From: an uncultured Aquificales bacterium
GTDB taxonomy: Bacteria > Aquificota > Aquificia > Aquificales > Hydrogenothermaceae
Assembly: GCA_964648745.1 (NCBI GenBank)
Contig: CAZYKX010000001.1
Span: 40,429-104,428, forward strand
DNA: 64,000 nucleotides
Direction: 5' to 3'
Under the pieces are notes generated by a model that saw only the letters and a list, made by a program, of their open reading frames with translations, made no database searches and was not told the origin of the DNA. Within the stretch, counting starts at the first letter, position 1. Every line of letters begins with the position of its first letter. Position numbers and translations under genes: made by a program. Below are positions 33,440 to 42,319 of the stretch, in pieces.

Positions 33440-34662
33440 GATAAGTCCTCTTCTATTATATGGCCAAGCTTATCTTTCTTTGTTTTTATATACTTTTCAT
33501 TATGGGGGTTTGTGCCAGTAAAGATAGGAACTCTTTCTACTATCTCTAAACCAAACCCTTCTAAAGCTACTATTTTTCTTGGGTTGTTTGTCATTAGCTT
33601 CATCTTCCTTACACCTAAGTCTAAAAGTATCTGAGCACCTGTTCCAAAATCTCTCAAATCAGATTGAAAGCCAAGTTTATGATTTGCTTCTACTGTATCA
33701 TAACCTAAATCTTGTAAATTGTATGCTTTTATCTTATTTACTATTCCTATACCTCTTCCTTCATGGCCTCTCATATAAACCAAAACGCCTTTCCCTTCTT
33801 CTGCTATATTTTTCAATGCAAGGTGAAGTTGATTTTGGCAGTCACATCTGAGAGAACCAAATATATCACCTGTCAAACATTCTGAATGAACTCTAACTAA
33901 AACAGGTTCATTTTCTTTTATTTCTCCCATTACAAGAGCAACATGTTCTATTCCATCTACAAGACTTTTGTATGCATATATTTTAAATATTCCATACTTG
34001 GTAGGAAGGAAAGCTTCAGCTTCTTTTGATATTAGTTTTTCTCTTTTTAATCGATACTGTACTAAATCTGCTATTGTAATTATTTTTAAGTTATGTTTTT
34101 TTGCAAAGGTTATTAGATCTGGAAGTCTAGCCATAGTACCATCATCTTTCATTATTTCACATATAACACCAGCTGGATATAAACCAGCAAGTCTTGCCAA
34201 ATCTACAGATGCTTCTGTGTGTCCTGTTCTTTCTAATACTCCACCTTTTTTTGCCATTAATGGAAATATATGACCTGGTTTTACAAAGTCATTAGGTTTA
34301 GCTTCTGGGCTTACTGCAAGCTTTATCGTTGTTGCTCTTTCATAAGCAGAAATACCAGTGGTTATACCAAATTTTGGATGAGCATCTATTGAAACACAGA
34401 AAGCTGTTCCTTTTGGATCTGTATTGTTAGTTGTCATTAATGGTATATCCAATTCTTTCAATCTTTCAGGTAACATAGATAGACAGATAAGTCCTCTTCC
34501 TTCCTTTGCCATAAAGTTTATTATATCTGGTGTTACTTTTTCTGCAGCACAAACTAAATCCCCTTCATTTTCTCTATCTGGATCATCTACTACTATTACC
34601 ATTTTTCCTTCTTGAATATCGTTTATAGCTTCTTCCACTGTATTAAACTTGAAATTTTTCAT
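33427..34662 (-). CDS. ribBA: bifunctional 3,4-dihydroxy-2-butanone-4-phosphate synthase / GTP cyclohydrolase II
   Basis: DHBP synthase N-half (DRENEGDL) and GCH-II C-half (HSECLTGD...CDC). Confidence 0.96.
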   Translation of the reverse strand: MKNFKFNTVEEAINDIQEGKMVIVVDDPDRENEGDLVCAAEKVTPDIINFMAKEGRGLICLSMLPERLKELDIPLMTTNNTDPKGTAFCVSIDAHPKFGITTGISAYERATTIKLAVSPEAKPNDFVKPGHIFPLMAKKGGVLERTGHTEASVDLARLAGLYPAGVICEIMKDDGTMARLPDLITFAKKHNLKIITIADLVQYRLKREKLISKEAEAFLPTKYGIFKIYAYKSLVDGIEHVALVMGEIKENEPVLVRVHSECLTGDIFGSLRCDCQNQLHLALKNIAEEGKGVLVYMRGHEGRGIGIVNKIKAYNLQDLGYDTVEANHKLGFQSDLRDFGTGAQILLDLGVRKMKLMTNNPRKIVALEGFGLEIVERVPIFTGTNPHNEKYIKTKKDKLGHIIEEDLSCDI

Positions 34663-35009
34663 TCTTTTCTCCAGATATTTACAATTATATCTCTAATTAT
34701 TTTAATGTAATTTTCTATTTTTTCAATAAAAGAAGGTTTTTCTTCTTTTTTCTTTTCTTCTACACCCATTATTTTATCTAACTCTTGATTAGCTTTTTCT
34801 TCATACTTTTTTTCTTCATCTTTGGATTTTCTTTTTTCTACATTAGTTTCTTGATTTTCTTGGTTTTTATCAACCACTTCGCTTTTATTATCATTTCCAA
34901 ATATAAGAGAGTCGTATTTTGATTTTAAGCCAGAGATTTTGTCTGATAAGAAATATAAAGCTAAGATAAGAAAAAATAAAAATATAAGTTTTTTCATTTT
35001 AAATTCCAA
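34659..35009 (-). CDS. hypothetical membrane-anchored K/E-rich protein
   Basis: N-terminal hydrophobic anchor, then low-complexity K/E-rich sequence. 4-nt overlap with the ribBA start. Confidence 0.5.
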   Translation of the reverse strand: MEFKMKKLIFLFFLILALYFLSDKISGLKSKYDSLIFGNDNKSEVVDKNQENQETNVEKRKSKDEEKKYEEKANQELDKIMGVEEKKKEEKPSFIEKIENYIKIIRDIIVNIWRKE

Positions 35010-35056
35010 AATTTGGGTTAATAAAGATATTATCGGATTTTTTAAGAGAAAATTAA

Positions 35057-35087
35057 ATTATCTCCCTGGTTTTCCCAAGGAGATAAT
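35057..35087 (-). terminator. rho-independent terminator after bpsA
   Basis: 13-bp arms ATTATCTCCCTGG / CCAAGGAGATAAT (one mismatch). On the minus strand it is followed by TTAATTTTCTC. Confidence 0.7.
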
Positions 35088-35093
35088 TTTAAT

Positions 35094-36173
35094 TTATGTT
35101 GTAGAACCTTCTTCGTCTAAGTATAGTTCTCTGAAAACTTCGTCTGTAATTTGGACATTTTCACCTTTAAAACCTGGTAAAGCCTCCATTCTAACCCAAG
35201 CAGATCTATACCAGATATCATTTGGAAGTTTATTTACAGGTGCAACTTCTTGAGCTTTTGTTTCACCATGATAGTCCCAGTTCATATATGCATTAAAGTC
35301 TTGAATAATATCAGTTATTACCATACCATAATCATTTATAAGAGCTTTTTGAAACTGATGCCATCTTGTAATTGAAGAATCTCTTAGTGTCAATCCAAAG
35401 TATCCAACACTACCTTCTTGTTTTAGTGAAGCTATTCCCCTTGCTATAAATGCTTTAAATGCTTTTAATGTTTCTGGTGGATCTGTTATAAATACATCAA
35501 AGGATTTGATCCATTCTTCTGGGAATGGATTTCTTAGGTCAAATCTAATTGCTTCAGCATTATCAATGCCTAATTCTTTAAAAATTCTATTATCAAAATC
35601 TATAGATCTTTCATCTATATCTAAAACTAAAACTCTTCTTGCCAATCTTGTAATAGCTACTGCTAATCCTGTTAAATCATCTTCAGCTCCCATTACTAAT
35701 ATATCTCTATCTCTCAAATCTTCCCTTGAGTCTAAGAATAAAACCCTTGATACAGTTGTTTCTGGTGTTACACTACCTTGATCATAATCTTGGATAGCTT
35801 TTGGTCTATCTTTAGTAACTTGTAAAAATGTATGATACCAATCTAAATTTGCATAAAACGGTATTCCCCTTCCTTCACATGCTTTGCAAGAATAATCAAT
35901 AGCAGGAGGTATTTTCAATTCTTTTACAAGCTCGATACCTTTTTCTGTAAGTAAAATTTCATCGTTCTCAATTTTTGCTAAACCTTCAGAAACAAGCTCT
36001 CTAATAATCTGAGATGTAGCTGGAACTGGTTGATCTGCTAAATCAACTATCTTCCAAAAATCTGAAGTGGTTAATAATCCAGCTAAAACTCTTTCAACGC
36101 TTCTTCCATAAAGTTTAATATTTGTTTTTTCTGATGCTCTTTTTGCTACATTGTTTAAAACATCTCTTGCCAC
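35094..36173 (-). CDS. bpsA: N4-bis(aminopropyl)spermidine synthase (branched-chain polyamine synthase)
   Basis: DUF43-type transferase with VTPETTVSRV, LDIDER and FITDPPET, and the C-terminal ...DEEGSTT tail remembered from Thermococcus BpsA. Adjacent to speE. Confidence 0.8.
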   Translation of the reverse strand: MARDVLNNVAKRASEKTNIKLYGRSVERVLAGLLTTSDFWKIVDLADQPVPATSQIIRELVSEGLAKIENDEILLTEKGIELVKELKIPPAIDYSCKACEGRGIPFYANLDWYHTFLQVTKDRPKAIQDYDQGSVTPETTVSRVLFLDSREDLRDRDILVMGAEDDLTGLAVAITRLARRVLVLDIDERSIDFDNRIFKELGIDNAEAIRFDLRNPFPEEWIKSFDVFITDPPETLKAFKAFIARGIASLKQEGSVGYFGLTLRDSSITRWHQFQKALINDYGMVITDIIQDFNAYMNWDYHGETKAQEVAPVNKLPNDIWYRSAWVRMEALPGFKGENVQITDEVFRELYLDEEGSTT

Positions 36174-36188
36174 TTTCTCACCTCACTT

Positions 36189-37019
36189 TTATTTTATTAA
36201 ATCTTCAACGAATTTTGGCAAAGAAAATAAAGAATTGTATATTTTATCACAAAAATATTTTGTATTCAATTTTTCAAACACTTCAGTATTTTTTACATTT
36301 TCAGAGAAAATATCTATATCATCTGAGGCCATTGTAAAACTCCACATTCCTGCTGGGTAAGTTGGTATAAATGCAAGGTATGTTCCCCAGTTTTTAAAAA
36401 CTTGTTTTATTTCATTAACAGCTGTTTTAAAGTATAGAGTTTGCAGAAAAGGTGATTCTGTTTGTGCAGTCATTATTCCATTTTTTCTTAAGGCTGATTT
36501 TACTTTTTTATAAAATTCTCTTTTAAATAATGCTTCTGCTGGACCTACAGGGTCAGACAAATCAAGAAGAATAACATCATAATAATTTTTTCTCTCATCT
36601 AAGAATTTATTTCCATCTTCGACAAAAATTTGAACCTTAGGATTTTCAAGCTCACAAGATATTGTTGGAAGATATTGTTTAGATAATGAGATAACATCAC
36701 CATCTATTTCACAAAGATGAGCTTCTTGTACACATTTATGTTTTAAAACTTCCCTTATAGTACCTCCATCACCTCCACCAATAACCAATACTCTCTTAGG
36801 GTTAGGATGTTTTAATAAAGCTGGATGTGCTAACATTTCATGATAAATAAATTCATCTCTTTCTGTCGTTTGGACTGCTCCGTCTAAAACTAACATTTTT
36901 CCGTATTCATAAGTATCTAGAATTAATATCTCTTGATATTTTGATTGAAACGTTTTAGCTTCTTTTACTTTTAAGGTTATACCTGCATTTTTAGTTTGAT
37001 ATTCTGTAAACCAAATCAA
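36189..37019 (-). CDS. speE: polyamine aminopropyltransferase (spermidine synthase)
   Basis: VLVIGGGDGGTIRE and DLSDPVGPA motifs. Confidence 0.93.
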   Translation of the reverse strand: MIWFTEYQTKNAGITLKVKEAKTFQSKYQEILILDTYEYGKMLVLDGAVQTTERDEFIYHEMLAHPALLKHPNPKRVLVIGGGDGGTIREVLKHKCVQEAHLCEIDGDVISLSKQYLPTISCELENPKVQIFVEDGNKFLDERKNYYDVILLDLSDPVGPAEALFKREFYKKVKSALRKNGIMTAQTESPFLQTLYFKTAVNEIKQVFKNWGTYLAFIPTYPAGMWSFTMASDDIDIFSENVKNTEVFEKLNTKYFCDKIYNSLFSLPKFVEDLIK

Positions 37020-37043
37020 TTACAAACACCTCCTAACTTATTT

Positions 37044-38321
37044 TTATGGCTTTACTACTACACATGCACTTTTAGTAAAATATTTATTAACTATATCTTC
37101 TATATCTTTCTGAGAGATTTTCCTTATTATATTTGGAAATTCTTTATCCATTTTATATCCTAAACCCACCGTTTCATACCATCCTAAATAATAAGCTTGT
37201 TTTGATCTAGTTTGATGATCCATAAGGAATGTTCCTATGATCTTCTCCTTAGCGATATCTATTTCTTCTTTCTTAATTCCTTCCTTAAGCTTATTTACTA
37301 CTTCTCTTATTCCTTTTTCAGATTCTTCAGTTTTTTTAACATCTGTACCTATATATGCAACAACTGTTCCGATATTTAATCTTGCAGGAAAAAAAGAACC
37401 TACCGCATACGCTAAACCTCTTTTTTCTCTTAACTCTTGAAAAAGTCTAGAAGTGAATCCACTACCTAACACTCCATTTAAAATTCTAAAACTAGAGTAA
37501 TCTTTATCTAGCAATGTTGGAGCATCATATGCGATTAAAATAGTTGATTGTTGACCTTCCCTTTGTATAAAATAACAAGGACTTTCATTTATAGTCTTGT
37601 TTATAACAGGAAATTTAAAATCTTCATCACTTTTAATTTCTGAAAATTTTCTTAATATATTTTCAGCTTTTTTATATGGTAAATCTCCAACAATAGATAT
37701 AACAATTCTTTTACTATTAAGTAGTTTATTCCACTTATTTTTTACATCTTCAATTGTAATATTGTTTAAAGATTGCTCACTACCTAAAGGACTATACTGG
37801 TAGTTTGTATCTTTGTATATTATTTTTCTTAGCTCATCAAAAGCTGCTGCAAAACCTTCTTCTTTCTTTGCTTTAATTTGATATACTATATTTGTTCTTT
37901 CTTGGATAAATTTTTCTTCAGGGAATGAAGGATTTTGGAAAATATCTAAAATCATGTCAACAGCTTTTTCAAAATCTTCTACTTTTACACTAAAATCAAT
38001 ATTAGAAAAATCTTCAGAAGTAGATGATGATATAAAACCACCACTATCTTCAAAAAATTTATTTATATCGAGATTTGAATATTTTTTAGATCCTTGAAGT
38101 AACAGCTTTAATGTTAAGTTTGTAAGACCTGCTTTTTCAACAGAATCTTCATAACTTCCACCTTTAATAAAAATACTTCCAGAAAGTATTCCCTTTCCTT
38201 CTGTTTCTCTATACAAAACAGTTAAACCATTTGGATATACAGTTTTAACCACTCTTTCTCCTCCAAAGGAAGATACAAAACTAAAAAATAAAAAAATAAA
38301 AACAAACATTATCCATTTCAT
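37044..38321 (-). CDS. M16-family peptidase homologue lacking the HxxEH zinc motif
   Basis: Signal peptide and M16 two-domain length. The zinc-motif position reads GLTNLTLKLLLQG, with no HxxEH. Confidence 0.75.
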   Translation of the reverse strand: MKWIMFVFIFLFFSFVSSFGGERVVKTVYPNGLTVLYRETEGKGILSGSIFIKGGSYEDSVEKAGLTNLTLKLLLQGSKKYSNLDINKFFEDSGGFISSSTSEDFSNIDFSVKVEDFEKAVDMILDIFQNPSFPEEKFIQERTNIVYQIKAKKEEGFAAAFDELRKIIYKDTNYQYSPLGSEQSLNNITIEDVKNKWNKLLNSKRIVISIVGDLPYKKAENILRKFSEIKSDEDFKFPVINKTINESPCYFIQREGQQSTILIAYDAPTLLDKDYSSFRILNGVLGSGFTSRLFQELREKRGLAYAVGSFFPARLNIGTVVAYIGTDVKKTEESEKGIREVVNKLKEGIKKEEIDIAKEKIIGTFLMDHQTRSKQAYYLGWYETVGLGYKMDKEFPNIIRKISQKDIEDIVNKYFTKSACVVVKP

Positions 38322-38411
38322 TTTAAAATTACCATTTAAAGAATTTAATTTTGATTATGATATCACATTTTGATGAAAAGATCAGTAGAAGAGGAAACAA
38401 TTTGGATGAAG

Positions 38412-38430
38412 AGGGGACTTTAAGTCCCCT
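38412..38430. terminator. GC-rich hairpin 9 nt after the last gene of the cbb3 cluster
   Basis: AGGGGACT-TTA-AGTCCCCT (8-bp stem). The T-tract is on the plus side and the A-tract on the minus side, so it is probably bidirectional. Confidence 0.55.
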
Positions 38431-38439
38431 TTTTGATGT

Positions 38440-38664
38440 TTAATTTCTCATTAGCTCTCTTAACCAAATATACTTATCTGCTGCTTCTGTTCCTTGACCA
38501 ACCACAGACATCCATCCTAAGAAATCAGGTATCCAATCAAAAACAATATATGAAACTGTAAACAAAATATATCCAATCCAGAACATCATCCACCAAGTTG
38601 GAACTGCATCTGTAACATAGTTGATTTTATCAATTGCTCTTGTATTTTCTAAATGTCCTGCCAT
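38440..38664 (-). CDS. small membrane protein resembling the FixP_N (CcoP N-terminal) domain
   Basis: 74 aa. DAVPTWWMMFWIGYILFTVSYIVF resembles the (N)xxP-WW + TM motif of the CcoP/FixP N-terminus. Confidence 0.5.
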   Translation of the reverse strand: MAGHLENTRAIDKINYVTDAVPTWWMMFWIGYILFTVSYIVFDWIPDFLGWMSVVGQGTEAADKYIWLRELMRN

Positions 38665-38667
38665 TTT

Positions 38668-38964
38668 TTAATACCTCCCAACTTTTTTTTCTGATTTAAT
38701 AATTTCCTCTTCTCTTTCTAAAATTTCATATTTTGGACCTTCTATATCTTTAAAGTCTCCTTTCAGATAAGAGTAAACAAAAAGTACCAACCAGCCTGTT
38801 AAGGCAATGATATAACTTATAACCTGTACTAAAAATCCTCTTAACTCAAAACCTGCCTCTAAGTAAGCGACAGTTCTTACAGCTATTATCGAACCAACAA
38901 CAAATATAAAAATAAACATTATCATCAAAGAAACTGTTCTTGGTGTAATTTTCATTTCAATCAC
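38668..38964 (-). CDS. hypothetical two-TM membrane protein in the cbb3 cluster
   Basis: 98 aa, two predicted TM helices, K/E-rich tail, AGAGGTG ribosome-binding site. Confidence 0.55.
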   Translation of the reverse strand: MIEMKITPRTVSLMIMFIFIFVVGSIIAVRTVAYLEAGFELRGFLVQVISYIIALTGWLVLFVYSYLKGDFKDIEGPKYEILEREEEIIKSEKKVGRY

Positions 38965-38978
38965 CTCTTTAATTTAAA

Positions 38979-39001
38979 AAGGAAGGGTTAACCCCTTCCT
39001 T
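38979..39001 (-). terminator. intercistronic hairpin / partial terminator after ccoO
   Basis: AAGGAAGGG-TTAAC-CCCTTCCTT (9-bp stem). On the minus strand it is followed by TTTAAATT, then the ribosome-binding site of the 98-aa ORF. Confidence 0.55.
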
Positions 39002-39006
39002 ATATA

Positions 39007-39681
39007 TTATTTCAATACCCATTCTTTAGTTGGTTTTACTTCCCAGGAACCAAGCCACATTATATAAGTAAGTAAACCTAATCCTCTTTCATTTGGAACA
39101 ATATTTCCATTCTTATCTTTCTCGAAATACCATGGATAGCCAGGCATGTTTGTTCCTGGTGAAGTAGATTCTGGCTTATAAAGGTGAGCAACTTGCCAGT
39201 CTATGTTATGAACTGCAGCCTCTCTTATTAAATCTGGTCCTATCCTTTTAGTACCCCAAAGTACTGGTGCTTGAAGCTCATTTTGATATTCTGAAGGGTA
39301 TGAAACAGTATTAGATACTCCAGGTATACCAAATCTTAATGTTTCATTTGAAACTGGTCTTATCATTTGAGAATGACAGTTCCAACATCCTTCTGCTACA
39401 TACCAATGATGGCCAACATCTAAAGCTTTTGCAAATGATTTCTCATTAACTTCACCATAGTATTTTTTAAATTGCTCTGGATAGTATCGAGCAATTTTTT
39501 CAAAATCTGCCCAAGCAGATGTATTTTTAGCTTTTGCCTCTGCTGCTAAATCATTTAACCTTTTCATAGGGATATCTTTTAATACGAACATAGGTAATGC
39601 CCATGATACAAAATCAGCAAATAAAAAGAAGATTAATCCAGCTACAAGCACTACAAACGGAAAACGTTCCATTTTACCCAT
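39007..39681 (-). CDS. ccoO: cbb3-type cytochrome c oxidase subunit II (monohaem)
   Basis: N-terminal TM and single CWNCH followed by SQMIRP. 224 aa. Confidence 0.92.
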   Translation of the reverse strand: MGKMERFPFVVLVAGLIFFLFADFVSWALPMFVLKDIPMKRLNDLAAEAKAKNTSAWADFEKIARYYPEQFKKYYGEVNEKSFAKALDVGHHWYVAEGCWNCHSQMIRPVSNETLRFGIPGVSNTVSYPSEYQNELQAPVLWGTKRIGPDLIREAAVHNIDWQVAHLYKPESTSPGTNMPGYPWYFEKDKNGNIVPNERGLGLLTYIMWLGSWEVKPTKEWVLK

Positions 39682-39694
39682 CTTTTAACCCTCC

Positions 39695-41116
39695 TTAAAC
39701 TGTTTGCTTAAGCTGAGCTTCAAGACCTTTGCCAGCTGTAGCTGTTTTATAGAAGTTCATAGCATACATTAGTAATCCAGTTATCATCATAATTCCAATT
39801 ACAGATCTGAAATACCAGAATGGTTTAGAGAAGTTTACAGAGTCAATCCAAGGGTTTAATCCGATCCAATCAAAACCTTGAACAAGACCAGCAGCTGTTA
39901 GATCAAAGAACATAGCTAAAACACCGATCATTAATAACCAGTATGCACCTTCAGACAAACCTTTAGAATACATAGTTTCTTTTCCAAATAATCTTGGCCA
40001 TACATACTCAGCCATACCTAAAACCCATAGACCAAATGTACCGAACATTATAAGGTGAGCATGTCCTGTTACCCAGTCAGTAAAGTGAATTATTTTTTGG
40101 AATGTTAATGTAACGTGGAATGCACATTGGAAACATGTGATCCAGTAGAAGATAGATCCAGTATACATATATCTAAGAGGAACATTGTACTTTAAGAGTT
40201 CAGCAGAACCTCTTAATGTCATCATAAAGTTGATTAAAACTGATGTAACTGCAAACTCAATAGCAACTGTTGCAAAAACAGCTGAGTATTGTGCAAACAT
40301 TGGAATTGGTGACCAAAGAAAGTGATGTACCCCGTTTAATGGATAGAAAAATGCTAATCCCCAAAAACCAAGTAATGATAAACCATGTGACCACATTGGT
40401 TTTTTCATGATAACTGGAACAAAGTAATACATTAATCCCCACGCTACTGGTGTAACGTAAAGCCCAACTAAATCATGAATAAATGTAGATTGAACTGCTC
40501 CTGCACCAGAACCTGCAGACCAAAATCTTGGTATGAAATTACCCATAAATACAACAAGAGGTGTCCAAACTAACATAGCTGATATATACCATCCTGTGAC
40601 ATATAAAGGTGCTTTTTGAGAAGCTTTTATTATAGGAGTACCAAACTGTACAGCATGTAATAACAACCAAGCAACTATTACAGGATCAATCCACCAAGGT
40701 GTTTCACCCCATTCAACGTTATCTGCTTCACCTAAAAATAGTATAGCAACAACTGTAATTAAAACGGCAGCTTGAAGACCTATAAACATAAATCCACCTA
40801 AATATTTTTCATCAAATACTTTATAACCTGTAAACCTTGGAACTGCCCAGTAAAGTAACCCAGTAAACATATTCACTAAAAATCCATAAGCAGCCCCTGC
40901 TGTATGAATCATTCTAACTCTTCCAGGAGATAAAAACTCAATACCTGGCAATGGGTATATACCATCAAGTTGAAGGGAGTATAAAAATCCCATTAATGCT
41001 ACAATTATGAAAAAAATAAGACCCATTGCGATATGAAGTTTAACAAGGGTATAGTTAACTAAATTTGCTAATTGTGTTTCTCCTGCTACGTTTGTTGCTG
41101 TAGCCATATTTAACAC
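39695..41116 (-). CDS. ccoN: cbb3-type cytochrome c oxidase subunit I
   Basis: 473-aa polytopic C-family haem-copper oxidase, directly upstream of ccoO. Confidence 0.92.
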   Translation of the reverse strand: MLNMATATNVAGETQLANLVNYTLVKLHIAMGLIFFIIVALMGFLYSLQLDGIYPLPGIEFLSPGRVRMIHTAGAAYGFLVNMFTGLLYWAVPRFTGYKVFDEKYLGGFMFIGLQAAVLITVVAILFLGEADNVEWGETPWWIDPVIVAWLLLHAVQFGTPIIKASQKAPLYVTGWYISAMLVWTPLVVFMGNFIPRFWSAGSGAGAVQSTFIHDLVGLYVTPVAWGLMYYFVPVIMKKPMWSHGLSLLGFWGLAFFYPLNGVHHFLWSPIPMFAQYSAVFATVAIEFAVTSVLINFMMTLRGSAELLKYNVPLRYMYTGSIFYWITCFQCAFHVTLTFQKIIHFTDWVTGHAHLIMFGTFGLWVLGMAEYVWPRLFGKETMYSKGLSEGAYWLLMIGVLAMFFDLTAAGLVQGFDWIGLNPWIDSVNFSKPFWYFRSVIGIMMITGLLMYAMNFYKTATAGKGLEAQLKQTV

Positions 41117-41125
41117 CTCCTTTTA

Positions 41126-41890
41126 TTATTTTCCTTGGTTCATCAAATAAGCAATATAAGAAACAAGATGCCATCTATCTTCTTCTGAAAGATGATCAAA
41201 CTTAGGCATAGGAGAACCTTCTAACCCTACTGTTAGCACTCTAAATGTATCTTTTGGTGAAGGTCCAGCAGATCTAACAGGATAGGTTAAATTTGTTGGT
41301 GGAACTGGTAATGTATTTGCAATTGGTCCATCACCTCTTCCATTTTCACCATGGCAAGCGGTACAGTTTGCAGCATACAACTCTTTACCTTTTTCAATTG
41401 ATTCTTTTGTTCCAAAGAAGTCCGGAATTTTCTTAATTTGGGAATAAACAGATTCTCCTGATTGTTCCTTTTTCCATCTGTCTGAGAATGTCTTAATGTA
41501 GGCAATAACAGCCCTTTTTTGAACATCAGGAACCAAATGGAAAGATGGCATTGCCGTTTGAGGAATACCATAATCTAAGATGTGTAAAAGATCTTCATCT
41601 GTTGGCAATGTACCTTCTGGTGTTGATTTCCATCTAAATACACCAGTATGAAAGTTTGGTGGCTTGTTCTTAAAGAAAGGTGCTGCCATGCTGTTACCAT
41701 CTCCGTTTTCACCGTGACATCCTACACAGAATTTGTTGTAAACTTTTCTACCTGCTTCTTCCATCTCTGTTAGTTCAGCGGTCTTCTTCGCTTGAGCCGG
41801 CTTTGATGAGTAAACATGAAGTAAACCATAAACAAACAGAGCTGGGAAGAAGAAGAAGAGTAACCATCTGATGGTTGTGTTTTCTCCCAT
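41126..41890 (-). CDS. membrane-anchored dihaem cytochrome c (CcoP-like soluble domains)
   Basis: N-terminal TM and two CxxCH motifs (CVGCHGENGDG, CTACHGENGRGDG) of the CcoP type. It is located upstream of ccoN rather than downstream. Confidence 0.8.
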   Translation of the reverse strand: MGENTTIRWLLFFFFPALFVYGLLHVYSSKPAQAKKTAELTEMEEAGRKVYNKFCVGCHGENGDGNSMAAPFFKNKPPNFHTGVFRWKSTPEGTLPTDEDLLHILDYGIPQTAMPSFHLVPDVQKRAVIAYIKTFSDRWKKEQSGESVYSQIKKIPDFFGTKESIEKGKELYAANCTACHGENGRGDGPIANTLPVPPTNLTYPVRSAGPSPKDTFRVLTVGLEGSPMPKFDHLSEEDRWHLVSYIAYLMNQGK

Positions 41891-41923
41891 AACATACCTC
41901 CTATAAAAATATGATTTAAATCA

Positions 41924-41952
41924 ATATTAAACCATTTGTAAACAGTTTTCAA
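41924..41952 (-). promoter_or_regulatory. predicted promoter of the cytochrome c-ccoNO operon
   Basis: On the minus strand: TTGAAA (41952-41947), 17-nt spacer, TAATAT (41929-41924). Confidence 0.5.
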
Positions 41953-41964
41953 GATTTTAATTTA

Positions 41965-41990
41965 ATGTTAAATTTTAATAAATTTAACAT
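41965..41990. promoter_or_regulatory. palindromic motif ATGTTAAATTT-N4-AAATTTAACAT (copy 1)
   Basis: Perfect 11-bp arms. Centred about 60 nt upstream of the predicted cbb3 transcription start and 6 nt after the stop of the upstream ABM gene. Confidence 0.5.
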
Positions 41991-41995
41991 CATAC

Positions 41996-42316
41996 TTATA
42001 GTTCTTTTATACTTTCATAAATTTCAACAGAAGGATTACCAGCAAACCACTCTTTTGGTGGTGGATTCTGATGGGCTTTTGCAAAAGCATCACTTTTTGT
42101 GTAGTTAATAAAGCTATCCATATCCTTCCAATATGTAATAATAACCACATTATTATTTTCTGGCATTGATGGAAAACTTCTACCACTTAAAATTTTCATA
42201 CCCAAGAATCCTTCCATATCTTTAATACCATGTTTACCAAAATGCTCTTTTGCCCTTTCCTCAAAAGCTTCTTTAAATTCTTTTTTAATAGGAAATTTTG
42301 TAAATACTACAATCAT
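41996..42316 (-). CDS. antibiotic-biosynthesis-monooxygenase (ABM) domain protein
   Basis: 106-aa ferredoxin-like ABM pattern (MIVVFTKF..., ITYWKDMDSFINYTKSDAFAKAH). Confidence 0.65.
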   Translation of the reverse strand: MIVVFTKFPIKKEFKEAFEERAKEHFGKHGIKDMEGFLGMKILSGRSFPSMPENNNVVIITYWKDMDSFINYTKSDAFAKAHQNPPPKEWFAGNPSVEIYESIKEL

Positions 42317-42319
42317 AAA

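Noticed and set aside
33427-35009. FMN riboswitch upstream of ribBA
   Set aside because: The ribBA start overlaps the preceding 116-aa ORF, so there is no leader region where a riboswitch could sit.
38358-38444. 28-aa plus-strand ORF (MISHFDEKISRRGNNLDEEGTLSPLFDV) between the M16 gene and the cbb3 cluster
   Set aside because: It has no ribosome-binding site, and its 3' half is the terminator hairpin of the cbb3 cluster.
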